Translations under genes and position numbers: made by a program
Notes under the pieces: model-generated
The model's input: the letters and a program-made list of their open reading frames with translations, nothing else
Told to the model about the DNA's origin: nothing
The model's database searches: none
Part shown: positions 26,291 to 39,300 of the stretch, one piece after another
How the letters are laid out: each line of letters starts with the position of its first letter
How positions within the stretch are numbered: the first letter of the stretch is position 1
Source of the DNA: Pseudomonadota bacterium
GTDB lineage: Bacteria > Myxococcota > JACRCW01 > JAFGSX01
NCBI GenBank assembly: GCA_043821645.1
Contig: JBDRCO010000087.1
Location: 276,552 to 340,551 of the forward strand
Length of the DNA: 64,000 nt
Reading direction: 5' to 3'

Positions 26291-27672
26291 GCGCGCTGAC
26301 CTTTCGACACAAGGCCCGCGTCGACGGTCTCCCGGGCTGCAGCGTCACCGTCGCCAGGGTGCTCCGGACCGTGCTTGATCTTCTGATCGAGCAAGAAGAA
26401 GAAGGCCGCGAGCAGCAACAGGTAGATTGCCCCGAAGGAGATCAGCGACCACAGCACCTGGCCCGCGCTCACCACACGGCTCAGGCCGTCGCTGGTGCGC
26501 AGGAGGCCATAGACGATCCAGGGCTGGCGCCCGATCTCGGCCGAGGCCCATCCGAGCTGGTTGGCGGCCTGGGGCAGGATCACCCCCAGCACCAGGATGC
26601 GCAGCAGCCAGGGCTGCCGGTAGAGTCGGCCGCGCCACAGCAGCAGCAGTCCCAGCCCGCTCAGACCGATGAGGGCCATGCCCAGGGCCACCATCGCGTG
26701 GTAGGTCTGAAAAACCACGTTGACCGGCGGCCTGTCCTCGGGCGCGAAGGCCTCGAGGCCGGTGACGGGCGCCTGGGTGTCTCCGTGCACCAGGAAGCTC
26801 AGCATGCCGGGTAGGGCCAGACCGTACACCTGCTGCGTGTCCTCGTTGACCCAGCCTGCGATGTACAGATCTGCAGCCGCGCTCACCGGATAGTGCCCCT
26901 CGAAGGCGGCCAGCTTGGCGGGCTGGGTCACGGCCACGGTCGACGCGCTGGAGTGTCCGGTGACCAGCTGCCCGAGCGAGGCCACGACGGAGAGCCCGAG
27001 CGCCAGGGGCAACGAGGCGCGCGCAAAGGCCTGGTGTTTCTTCTTCAACAGGTAGTAGGCGCTGACGCTGATCACCAGCCAGGCCCCGGCCTGCCAGCAG
27101 CCCAGGACGGTGTGGCTCAGCCTGTCGACGGTCGAGGGATTGAACACCACGGCCCAGAAGTCCGCGATCTCGGCGCGGGCGCGCATCCCTTCACCGACGA
27201 TGTGATGGCCCGTGGGCGTCTGCTGCCAGGAGTTGGCCACCACGATCCAGATCGCCGAGAAGTGTGCCCCGAGGGCGACCATGACCGTGGCAAAGAAATG
27301 CACCGGTGGCCGCACCCGGCCCCAGCCGAAGAGCAGCAGCGCCAGAAAGCCCGACTCCAGGAAGAAGGCGAAGATGCCCTCGGCGGCCAGCGGACTGCCG
27401 AACACGTCGCCCACGAAGCGCGCGTAGGTCGACCAGTTGGTGCCGAACTGAAACTCCATGACGATGCCGGTGGCCACGCCGATGGCGAACACCAGCCCGA
27501 ACACCTTGACCCAGAAGCGCGTCATCGCCTCGTGCACGGGATCGCGCGTGCGCAGGTACCAGCCTTCCATGAGCACCAGCAGCACACCCAGGCCGATGCT
27601 CAGCGGCGGAAACAGGTAGTGCACGCCTATGGTGAAGGCGAACTGCATGCGGGACAGGAAGGTGACATCCAT
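26287..27672 (-). CDS. cydA: Cytochrome bd oxidase subunit I (short Q-loop)
   Basis: [46 protein letters not shown]. Confidence 0.95.
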   Translation of the reverse strand: MDVTFLSRMQFAFTIGVHYLFPPLSIGLGVLLVLMEGWYLRTRDPVHEAMTRFWVKVFGLVFAIGVATGIVMEFQFGTNWSTYARFVGDVFGSPLAAEGIFAFFLESGFLALLLFGWGRVRPPVHFFATVMVALGAHFSAIWIVVANSWQQTPTGHHIVGEGMRARAEIADFWAVVFNPSTVDRLSHTVLGCWQAGAWLVISVSAYYLLKKKHQAFARASLPLALGLSVVASLGQLVTGHSSASTVAVTQPAKLAAFEGHYPVSAAADLYIAGWVNEDTQQVYGLALPGMLSFLVHGDTQAPVTGLEAFAPEDRPPVNVVFQTYHAMVALGMALIGLSGLGLLLLWRGRLYRQPWLLRILVLGVILPQAANQLGWASAEIGRQPWIVYGLLRTSDGLSRVVSAGQVLWSLISFGAIYLLLLAAFFFLLDQKIKHGPEHPGDGDAAARETVDAGLVSKGQRA

Positions 27673-27858
27673 GGCCAGGCTCTCGCTCGAGGGTCTTGCT
27701 CCTGACGCATCATGTCAATCGCATTTTTTCTTCACGACTGGCCAGCGCCGAGACGTCCAACAAGCATGGAGGCGGGCTGGGCCGGGTCCTGGCGCAGGCG
27801 CGACGCTCGCGCGGGGATCGTGCTAGAGTCCAGCGGTCTTTCCTGAAGAGGTGAAAAA

Positions 27859-28953
27859 ATGTCGAGCATGCTTCGAGTTCTTGGCCTTGGTCTCGCCATG
27901 ATGGGCCTGCTGGTGGGTGCCTGCGACCGCTCGCCGGGCAACGACGACGACGACATCGACAACCGGGTGCTGGTGCACGTGCTGGGCAGCCTGATGCGGG
28001 ACGACGGCAGCGCCGCCGTCGGCATCAGCGTGCGCCTGGTGCGCGACGGCACCACCGTGCTGCAGGTGCTCACCGACGCCGAGGGCAAGTACGCCATCGA
28101 CGTCGACGTCACCGAGGTGCAAACCGGCCAGGTGGGCATCCGCGCGCGGCTGACCGAGAGCGTCACCGCGGCCGAGGTGGGCGCGGACTTCACGGTGGTG
28201 GGCACCCTGATCAACCTGCCCATCCTGCGCTTTCTCGAGGCCCCCCTGAACCCAACCGTCGAGACCGACGCCGTGGCCGTCACCATCCCCAACTACGCCG
28301 GTGGCGACGACAGGCGCCCGGCCAGCTACGAGCTCGAGGTGCGCACGCCGGACAACCAGCCCATCTTCGCGGTGCAGACCTCGGCCAGCTCCAGCGTGGT
28401 GCGCTTGCCCAAGCTGGTGCTCGAGGACTTCTCGGTGCTGCTGCGCCTGCGCGCCATCCTGTCCGGGAGCACCATCACCGGTGGCTTTGCCTCCTCGGTG
28501 GCGGCCGAACTCAGCGGCCTGAATGCGGCGCCGCTGTCGCGCGACATGAGCTGCGCCTATTCGAGCACCGACCAGCAGACCCCGCAGACCCTGGCGCCCT
28601 GTCCCATCACCGATGGCGATCTGACCACAGCCATGCCCCTCGATGTGGACATCTGCGTCGATCCCAACCCCGCCGACAGCATCATGGAATGTGCGTCCAC
28701 CTTCGAGAGCCTGGTCATTGATCTGGGCAGCGAGCAGAACATCGCCGCCATCATCGTGCACAGCCTGGGCGAGGGCTCCAGCCTGCTGCTGCAGGTCTCC
28801 GCTGACAATGTGGCCTGGACCAACGTCACCATGCTGACCACCAGCAACTTCCTGTTCGAGAACCCGCTCACCGCGCGCTACCTGAAGCTGGGCTACCTGG
28901 GGACGGGCACTGGCACCGTGGTCGGTGGGCTCAACGAGATCGCGGTCTATTAG
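27859..28953 (+). CDS. Hypothetical lipoprotein (Ig/carboxypeptidase-regulatory-like N-domain, discoidin/F5-8-like C-domain)
   Basis: Lipobox VGAC; TDAEGKY; TDGDLTT..IDLG..VSADNVAW..ARYLKL..LNEIAVY. Confidence 0.7.
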   Translation: MSSMLRVLGLGLAMMGLLVGACDRSPGNDDDDIDNRVLVHVLGSLMRDDGSAAVGISVRLVRDGTTVLQVLTDAEGKYAIDVDVTEVQTGQVGIRARLTESVTAAEVGADFTVVGTLINLPILRFLEAPLNPTVETDAVAVTIPNYAGGDDRRPASYELEVRTPDNQPIFAVQTSASSSVVRLPKLVLEDFSVLLRLRAILSGSTITGGFASSVAAELSGLNAAPLSRDMSCAYSSTDQQTPQTLAPCPITDGDLTTAMPLDVDICVDPNPADSIMECASTFESLVIDLGSEQNIAAIIVHSLGEGSSLLLQVSADNVAWTNVTMLTTSNFLFENPLTARYLKLGYLGTGTGTVVGGLNEIAVY

Positions 28954-28958
28954 ATTCT

Positions 28959-29210
28959 GAGGGGCTGTCGGGCAGCCCCTCCCCCGGCGGCAGTGAATCC
29001 CCCCGGGGCCCCCTCCCAACCAGCACTGTCAAGGACATCTCGCTCCCAAAGGTCCTCGGTGCTGTCGGTCGTTGATCTGATGGGCTGTCGGCCCGCCCTG
29101 CCGTTCTTAGGGGTGGTCGGCCCACCCCTCGTCGACGGGAGTGAATCCCGTCGACTTCACCCCGGCAGCAATGCGCCAGAGTGAATCCGTCGCCATTCAG
29201 CCCTGGCAAC
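28959..29210 (+). repeat. Cluster of two-hairpin repeats (copies 3 and 4 plus two partials)
   Basis: GAGGGGCTG-TCGGG-CAGCCCCTC..GTGAATCC (28959); partial at 29082; AGGGGTGG-TCGGC-CCACCCCT, GTCGACGGGA-GTGAA-TCCCGTCGAC, TTCACCCCGGCAGC (29109-29169); partial at 29170-29210. Confidence 0.85.
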
Positions 29211-29247
29211 ACCGATTTATTACTAGGGGCGCCCGTGCGGGCGCCAG

Positions 29248-29511
29248 CTACAGTCCGTGCACCGAGCTCACCAGTTTGTCCCTGAAGTTCGTGCGCAGCT
29301 GGATCATGCTGGGGTGCTTGCGCTTGCCCGGGACGATGACCACGCTGCCGCCCGGTCTGTCCATGTCACCCTTGACCTCGGTGGGCGTGAAGATGATCTG
29401 CTGCCGCTTCGGGTAAAAAGTCGGCTGGCTGGTTGCGGACTGGGCCGAGGCCAGCGAGGCCAGGGTCCATGCCACCACGGCCAACAAGACAGTGACCCAG
29501 CGTGCGCGCAT
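29248..29511 (-). CDS. cglF: CglF/GltF-like small secreted protein (gliding-motility family)
   Basis: AGGAGGT RBS, signal peptide; YPKRQQIIF..VKGDMDRPGG..SMIQLRTNF..L.SV..L matches my recollection of the CglF pattern. Confidence 0.65.
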   Translation of the reverse strand: MRARWVTVLLAVVAWTLASLASAQSATSQPTFYPKRQQIIFTPTEVKGDMDRPGGSVVIVPGKRKHPSMIQLRTNFRDKLVSSVHGL

Positions 29512-29788
29512 CGCGACCTCCTTGCGCCGCCGGGAACCGGGGCTGGCGGCAGCTCTCAGGATACCATTTTCCGGCAGTGGCCGGGTTCTCGCACCCGCCG
29601 CCTGGCAGTGAGGGGGAGGCCTCGAGGGCGTCGGGACGCCCCGCTGGCGCTGCCTGCGCGTCGTCATACCTGGGGTGTATTCGTCCCATCGCGATAAAAT
29701 TCTTTGATGACGGCGTTTGCCTGTTTGACGACGACAAAGGGGATTTTGCACCTGGATTCAAAACGCTCCTGACGCACCACGTTATCTG

Positions 29789-29817
29789 TTGACACGGTGG
29801 GGCCACGAGGCTAGGAA
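29789..29817 (+). promoter_or_regulatory. Putative sigma70 promoter of the atp operon
   Basis: TTGACA-N17-TAGGAA. Confidence 0.45.
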
Positions 29818-29967
29818 ACGCCCGTCTCGTTCATCACGAATGCGCGCGGGGACTGGCGGGGGGATTGCCGGATCGGCGCGTACCTGCAGTGCTGGCAGGC
29901 CGCGTTCTGCCGGACCAGCGCGAGCGAGTGAGGGGCCGCCTGACGCCCCAAGAGAAAGCAGGGCACT

Positions 29968-30399
29968 GTGGAACTCAACATCACCTTCATCGTGCAGCTC
30001 GCGATCTTCTTGACCGGCGTGCTGTGGCTGTCCGTTGTCCTGTTCAAGCCCATGCTGCAGCTGATCGAGGAGCGCGAGAAGCGCATCGAGGGCACGCGCC
30101 GCGAGGCCGAGAGGCTGATGACCTCGGGTGGCGAGAAGAGCGGCATCATCGACATTCGCATCGAGGAAGCCCGCGCCCAGGCCATGGAGGAGAGGACGCA
30201 GCTGCGTGCCCAGGGCCAGAAGGTCTATCAGGGGCTGGTCGACGGCGCTCGCCAGCAGGCCCAGGACAAGCTGGGCAAGGCTCGCGAGGAGATCCAGAAA
30301 GCGCAGCGGGAAGCCTCTGCCACGCTCAAGCAAGAAGCCGACAACCTCGCCACGCTCATCGTGCAGCAGGTGGTCCCCGGCGCGGGAGGCAAGGCATGA
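29968..30399 (+). CDS. ATP synthase subunit b'
   Basis: N-terminal TM, LFKPMLQLIEEREKRIEG, coiled coil; first gene of the atp cluster. Confidence 0.88.
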   Translation: MELNITFIVQLAIFLTGVLWLSVVLFKPMLQLIEEREKRIEGTRREAERLMTSGGEKSGIIDIRIEEARAQAMEERTQLRAQGQKVYQGLVDGARQQAQDKLGKAREEIQKAQREASATLKQEADNLATLIVQQVVPGAGGKA

Positions 30400-31040
30400 C
30401 ACGCTCCGTGACTCGCGCCCTGGCGGCCCTGGCCACCGGGATCCTCGCCACGGCCCTCGCCGGCAGCGCCCTGGCCTCGGAGGGTGGTGGTCACGGTGGT
30501 GGCACACCGCACATCAATTGGTGGACCTTCACACCCGGACCCCACGAGGGTGCCGCTCTGGGCTGGCTGCTGGTGGATTTCGCGATCTTCGTCACCCTCG
30601 TCGTGGTGTTCGCGCGCAAGCCGCTCACCGAGTTCCTCGAGAGTCGCTCGCTCAAGATCCGGCGCGCCCTCGACGAGGCCAAGCAGGCCAAGGAGCAGGC
30701 CGAGGCCCGCGCGGCCGAGCTCGAAAAGCGCCTCAAGGACCTCGACAAGGAGATCGGCACTCTGCGCGATGACATCAAGCAGATGGGTGAACGCGAACGC
30801 ACGCAGCTCGAGGCCGATGGCAAGAAGGCCGCCGAGCGCGTGGCCCAGGATACCCAGTCCCAGGTCCAGAGCGAGCTCGACAGAGCCCGCGGAATTCTCA
30901 AGGCCGAGGCCGTGGCCCTGGCCATGGAGCTGGCCGAGCAGAAGCTGCGTGGTCAGCTCGGCGCCGCGGACTACCGCCGCCTCAATACCGAGTTTGTCCA
31001 GGGCTTCGGCGGTGAGCAGGGCAAGGAGGTGCGGCCATGA
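30396..31040 (+). CDS. atpF: ATP synthase subunit b
   Basis: ATGA overlap; VDFAIF..RKPLTEFLESR..I coiled coil; signal-like N-terminal extension. Confidence 0.9.
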   Translation: MTRSVTRALAALATGILATALAGSALASEGGGHGGGTPHINWWTFTPGPHEGAALGWLLVDFAIFVTLVVVFARKPLTEFLESRSLKIRRALDEAKQAKEQAEARAAELEKRLKDLDKEIGTLRDDIKQMGERERTQLEADGKKAAERVAQDTQSQVQSELDRARGILKAEAVALAMELAEQKLRGQLGAADYRRLNTEFVQGFGGEQGKEVRP

Positions 31041-31579
31041 AGTCCGGCACCGTGGCCCGTCGCTACGCTCGCGCTCTGCTGAACATCGCCCTGGATGAGA
31101 AGGCCCTGCAAGAGGTCGGTGGCGATCTCGAGAGTCTCGCTGGCATGCTGCGCCAGAACCCGCAGCTGGATGCCCTGATCAACAACCCCATGCTGAGCGG
31201 CCTCGAGCGCAGCGAGGTGGTGTTGCAGATCGCAGACAAGGCAGGGTTTCACCCCCTGACCCGCACCTTCCTCAAGCTTCTTGGTCACAAGGGGCGCCTG
31301 GGCTACGCCGAGGCCATTGCCGCGGCTTTCCGGGTACTCGCGGACCAGACCCTGGGCAGGCTCCGCGCCGAGGTGCGGTCCACCGCGCCGCTCATGCCCG
31401 AGGAACTCCAGCAAATACAGAAGGCCCTGGCAGCACGCACCGGCAAGCAGATCATCGTCGACACGGCGACGGATCCTGACCTGCTCGGCGGTGTGGTGGC
31501 CCGGGTAGGGGACACGGTCTACGACTCGAGCGTGCGCTCTCACCTGAGGCGCCTGCGCCAGAGCATCGTCGAGGCCTGA
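31037..31579 (+). CDS. atpH: ATP synthase delta
   Basis: [31 protein letters not shown]. Confidence 0.95.
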   Translation: MKSGTVARRYARALLNIALDEKALQEVGGDLESLAGMLRQNPQLDALINNPMLSGLERSEVVLQIADKAGFHPLTRTFLKLLGHKGRLGYAEAIAAAFRVLADQTLGRLRAEVRSTAPLMPEELQQIQKALAARTGKQIIVDTATDPDLLGGVVARVGDTVYDSSVRSHLRRLRQSIVEA

Positions 31580-31625
31580 GCACGACATCGAGCGGTCCGC
31601 CCGGGCGGGCCAGAGGGCACATACC

Positions 31626-33176
<1,551 letters not shown>

Positions 33177-34049
33177 GTGCCGTCCCTGAGAGACATCCGC
33201 AAGCGGATCAAGTCGGTCCAGAACACCGCCAAGATCACCGGCGCCATGAAGATGGTCGCTGCGTCCAAGCTGCGCCGCGCCCAGGAGTCGGTCGAGGCGG
33301 CCCGGCCCTACGCCCGCAAGATGCACCGGCTGCTCAGCGACGTCGCCCAGCGCGCCGCTCTCGAGGGCGAGCCGCCGCACCCGCTGCTGCAGAAGCGTGA
33401 GTTCGGTACCGTCGAGCTGGTGGTCATGACCTCGGACCGCGGCCTGTGCGGTGGCTTCAACAGCAACATCGCGCGTCGCGCCGATCGTTTCCTGTGGGAG
33501 CAGGCCGAGGAACACCACGAGATCCGGGTCTCGACCATCGGTCGCAAGGGCACCGACCACTTCAAGCGCAAGAAGCAGGAGCTGCGCACCGCCTACACCG
33601 GGGTGTTCGACGACCTGCGCTATGCCCGCGCCGCCGAGATCGCGACCGAGCTGTCGACCTCCTTTGTCCAGGACGAGGTCGACGCCGTGTACCTGCTGTA
33701 CAACGAGTTCAAGAGTGCCATCAGCCAGAAGGTCACGGTGATGCAGCTGTTGCCCATCGAGCCGCTGGAGGCCGTCGAGAACGCCTCGGTCATCGAGTTC
33801 CAGTACGAGCCCAGCAAGGCCGAGATCCTGGACACCCTGCTGCCCAAGTACCTGGCCACCGAGCTTTACCAGGCCCTGCTCGAGAGCTCGGCCAGCGAGC
33901 ACGGCGCGCGCATGACCGCGATGGAAAACGCCACGCGCAACGCCAAGGAGATGATCGGCAAGCTGACCCTGCAGTACAACCGCGCCCGCCAGGCCGCCAT
34001 CACCAAGGAGCTGATGGAGATCATCGCCGGCGCCGAAGCCCTGAACTAG
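33177..34049 (+). CDS. atpG: ATP synthase gamma
   Basis: KITGAMKMVAASK, SDRGLCGGFN, RMTAMENAT, NRARQAAITKEL. Confidence 0.98.
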   Translation: MPSLRDIRKRIKSVQNTAKITGAMKMVAASKLRRAQESVEAARPYARKMHRLLSDVAQRAALEGEPPHPLLQKREFGTVELVVMTSDRGLCGGFNSNIARRADRFLWEQAEEHHEIRVSTIGRKGTDHFKRKKQELRTAYTGVFDDLRYARAAEIATELSTSFVQDEVDAVYLLYNEFKSAISQKVTVMQLLPIEPLEAVENASVIEFQYEPSKAEILDTLLPKYLATELYQALLESSASEHGARMTAMENATRNAKEMIGKLTLQYNRARQAAITKELMEIIAGAEALN

Positions 34050-34057
34050 GTTTCTAA

Positions 34058-35716
<1,659 letters not shown>

Positions 35717-35802
35717 AGCCCGCCACCGCGCGGGCGGGGTGATGGCCGTCGGATAGACTCCGGCGGCTGCGTGGGCGGGCCGGCCGCCCCATCGAGGCAA
35801 CC

Positions 35803-36198
35803 GTGAATCTTGAAATCGTGACTCCGGTTCGCAAGCTGCACGATGTCGAGGCCAGCGAGGTGGTGCTGCCTGGCGCCGTGGGCGAGTTCGGTGTGCTCCC
35901 AGGCCACAAGCCCTTCCTGGCCTCGCTCGGCACAGGCGTGATGACCTACCGCAGCGGTGGTCAGCTGCACGCGCTGATGATCTCGGGCGGCCTGTGCGAG
36001 GTGCTCGAGGATCGTATCGCCGTGCTCGCCGAGTACGCCCAGCCCGCCACCGAGATCGACATCGAGCGCGCGCGGCGCAAGATCGGCGAGCTCGAAGGCA
36101 CGCTGGCCAGGCTGCAGGCTGGCGACGAGCAGGCGCCGGACCTCAACGCCCGCCTCGAGAAGCACCGCGCTCGCATTTCGGCGGCGGTGTTCAAGTAA
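35803..36198 (+). CDS. atpC: ATP synthase epsilon
   Basis: LEIVTP, GEFGVLPGH, ISGGLCEV, EIDIERA. Confidence 0.95.
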   Translation: MNLEIVTPVRKLHDVEASEVVLPGAVGEFGVLPGHKPFLASLGTGVMTYRSGGQLHALMISGGLCEVLEDRIAVLAEYAQPATEIDIERARRKIGELEGTLARLQAGDEQAPDLNARLEKHRARISAAVFK

Positions 36199-36366
36199 CC
36201 GCCTCTCGCAGCTCGCGGTTCGGCGCCTGGTTCGGACTCCTCAGACGCGCCCTGTCAAATAAACCCTCAAGTAGATTCATGATTTGTTGGTCAGGCCTCC
36301 GCCGGGCCGGGTTCGGGAGATCGATGGACCCGTGTGCTAGCATCTGGAGGTCGTGAGGAGGCCTCC

Positions 36367-39300
36367 ATGAACAAGTTGCATGTCGTGTTCGCTTGCTGCG
36401 CTGTGTTGTTGGCGAGCTCGGCTCGCGCGGACGTCGATCTGCACTACGACAATGCGGCCAGCTACGTGGTGGCACCGTCTCGCTACAACGTCGATGTCAA
36501 CGTGGTGCCCAGCGTGGCACGGCGGACACCGGTGGATGTGTTCGTGGGGAACGGGTCGATTCCAGGAACCACCACCATCAACACCAACAACACGGTGATC
36601 AATGCCGACACCTACCTGACCGCCAACGAGGCCGCAGGGGCGACGACAATTTCGCTGAACGACAGGGCAGGCTTCGCCAGCGGCGACCTAGTCCTCATCG
36701 TCCAGATCCAGGGCTTCACCGCGACCAGCGGCAACCAGGCCGCGGTGCTCGATCCGGGAAAGGTCGGTCACTTCGAGCTGCAGCGCTTGACGACCCGGAG
36801 CGGCAACACCTTCACACTGGATGCGACCTTCAAGCCGGGTGGCCTCGCCCACGCCTACGACACCACGGACGCCCTGCAGGCGCGCACCCAGGTGGTGCGC
36901 GTGCCCGAGTACACCAACCTCACGATCAACGCGACGCGTAGCATCGTGCCGACCCAGGCCTGGGATGGCAACGAGGGCGGCATCGTCGCACTGGCAGCCA
37001 CGGGCATCGTGACCATCAATGGCTCGATCAACGCCTCGGGCAGCACCGCCACGGGTGGCTTCCGGGGTGGCCGGGTCAACACCACCGGGGCCGGCGGCTG
37101 TCCTGTCCCGCCGATCGCGCTGGATACGGGCGCCACGAATGGTGGCAAGGGCGAGGGCATCGATCGACGCAGCTACGCCAACTCGCTGTGGGGGACTGGC
37201 AATTACGCCAATGCTGGCGGTGGTGGCAACGAGCACAACGCGGGCGGTGGTGGCGGTGGCAATGGCGGCACGGGCGGTTACGGTGGCGTCGAGTACGACT
37301 GCGATGGCGGTGGCGCCGCGCCTTACCTGGAAACCCGGGGCATGCCCGGTGTGATGCTGGCCAGCCCGCTGGCGGATCGCGTGTTCTTCGGTGGCGGGGG
37401 CGGTTCCGGGCAGCAGAACAACAACGTTGCTTCGCGAGGTGGCATCGGCGGCGGCATCGTCTTCATCTTCGCCACCACTCTGGCCGGCACAGGCAGTATA
37501 CAGGTCAATGGCGAGGCCGGTCCCAATACCACAGGCAACGACGGCGCCGGTGGCGGCGGCGCCGGTGGCAACATCTACATCTCCGTCGTCAACACGCCTG
37601 CCACGGCGATCAGCTTGCAGGCCAACGGCGGCAACGGCGGCAACGTCACCAACACGGGGGCCCATGGACCTGGTGGCGGGGCCGGCGGTGGACGCGTGTT
37701 CGTGTCTGCCGGTTTCGGTACGGCCGTCGTGCAGGTCAACCCCGGACAGCCCGGAACCTACCAGGGCGGCACGGCGTACCAGGGCACGGCGGGCTCGACG
37801 GGCAACGACGAGGACGGACCCTACGTGCAGCTCGCCACCCCGGTTGCCGCGGGGACCTGCCTGACCCTGGCCGCGGAGACTCCGGCAGCGGGTCACAGCG
37901 GCCAGCTGCGCTACCTGATCACGCGCAACGGCGGCGTGAACTGGCTGACCCACAACGGCACCGCCTGGGTCACCGGTGGTACCCGCACCAACGCCATCGA
38001 TGCAGCCACCCTGAACACGCACATTCGCGAGCTGACCGCACTGACGGCCTTCAATGCACGCGTGTACCTGCTGGGCCTGGCCACCGACACACCCCGCATC
38101 GATAGGCTGCTGTTCACCTCCTGTCGCTGCGGCGACGGCCGGGTCGACTCCGGAGAGGCCTGTGACGATGGCGGCACGACGGGTGGTGACGGCTGCTCGG
38201 CCACCTGTACCGTCGAGCTTGGCTACAGTTGCGGCGGCGAGCCCTCGGTCTGCAGCACGGTGTGCGGCGATGGCTGGATCCGCGGCAGCGAGGCCTGCGA
38301 CGACAGCGGCACCGCCAACGGCGACGGCTGTTCGTCGACCTGCGCCATCGAAGGGGGCTTCTTCTGTGCGGGCGAACCAAGCGTGTGCGACGGCATCTGT
38401 GGTGATTCGCTGGTGCGCGGCACCGAGACCTGCGACGACGGCCACACCACGGCCTGCGGCGCCTGCAACGCGACCTGCACGGGTGCGGGTACGGGCTCGA
38501 CCTGCGGCGACAGCGTGGTGTGTGCGGACACCGAGACTTGCGACGACGGTCACACCACAGCCTGCGGTCCCTGCAACGCGACCTGCACCGGCGCGGGCAC
38601 GGGCTCGACCTGCGGCGACAGCGTGGTGTGCGCGGACACCGAGATCTGCGACGACGGCCACACCACAGCCTGCGGTCCCTGCAACGCGACCTGCACCGGC
38701 GCGGGCACAGGCTCGACCTGCGGTGACAGCGTGGTGTGTGCGGACACCGAGACCTGCGACGACGGTCACACCTCGGCCTGCGGTGCCTGCAATGCAACCT
38801 GCAATGGGGCAGGCACGGGCTCGACCTGTGGCGACAGTGTGCAGTGTGCAGACACCGAGGCCTGTGACGACGGAAACACGTCCGACGGAGACTACTGCGC
38901 CAGCGACTGCTCTGCGGTGACTGGTTCCTGCGGTGACGGCACGGTTCAGTCCAACGAGGTCTGTGACGATGGCAATACCAGTAGCTTCGACGGCTGTACC
39001 GCGACCTGCACGGTGGAACCCGGCTACCTGTGCAGTGGCGAGCCCAGCGTGTGCACGCCGGCCTGTGGCAACGGAACGCTGGACAGCGGCGAGACCTGTG
39101 ACGACGGAGACTCGGTGAGCGGTGACGGATGCTCGTCGCTGTGTGGCGTCGAGTCTGGCTGGACCTGCACCGGTGAACCGTCACTCTGTAGCCCGACGTG
39201 TGGCGACGGCGCGATCCTGGGAGGCGAGGCCTGCGACGACGGTGGTCTGGTGGATGGCGATGGCTGTTCCTCGTCCTGCGTGGTGGAGCCAGGCTACACA

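Noticed and set aside
27700-27745. FNR or Rex site upstream of cydA
   Set aside because: AT-rich patch with TTGACA on the minus strand, but no convincing TTGAT-N4-ATCAA or TTGTGAA-N4-TTCACAA match
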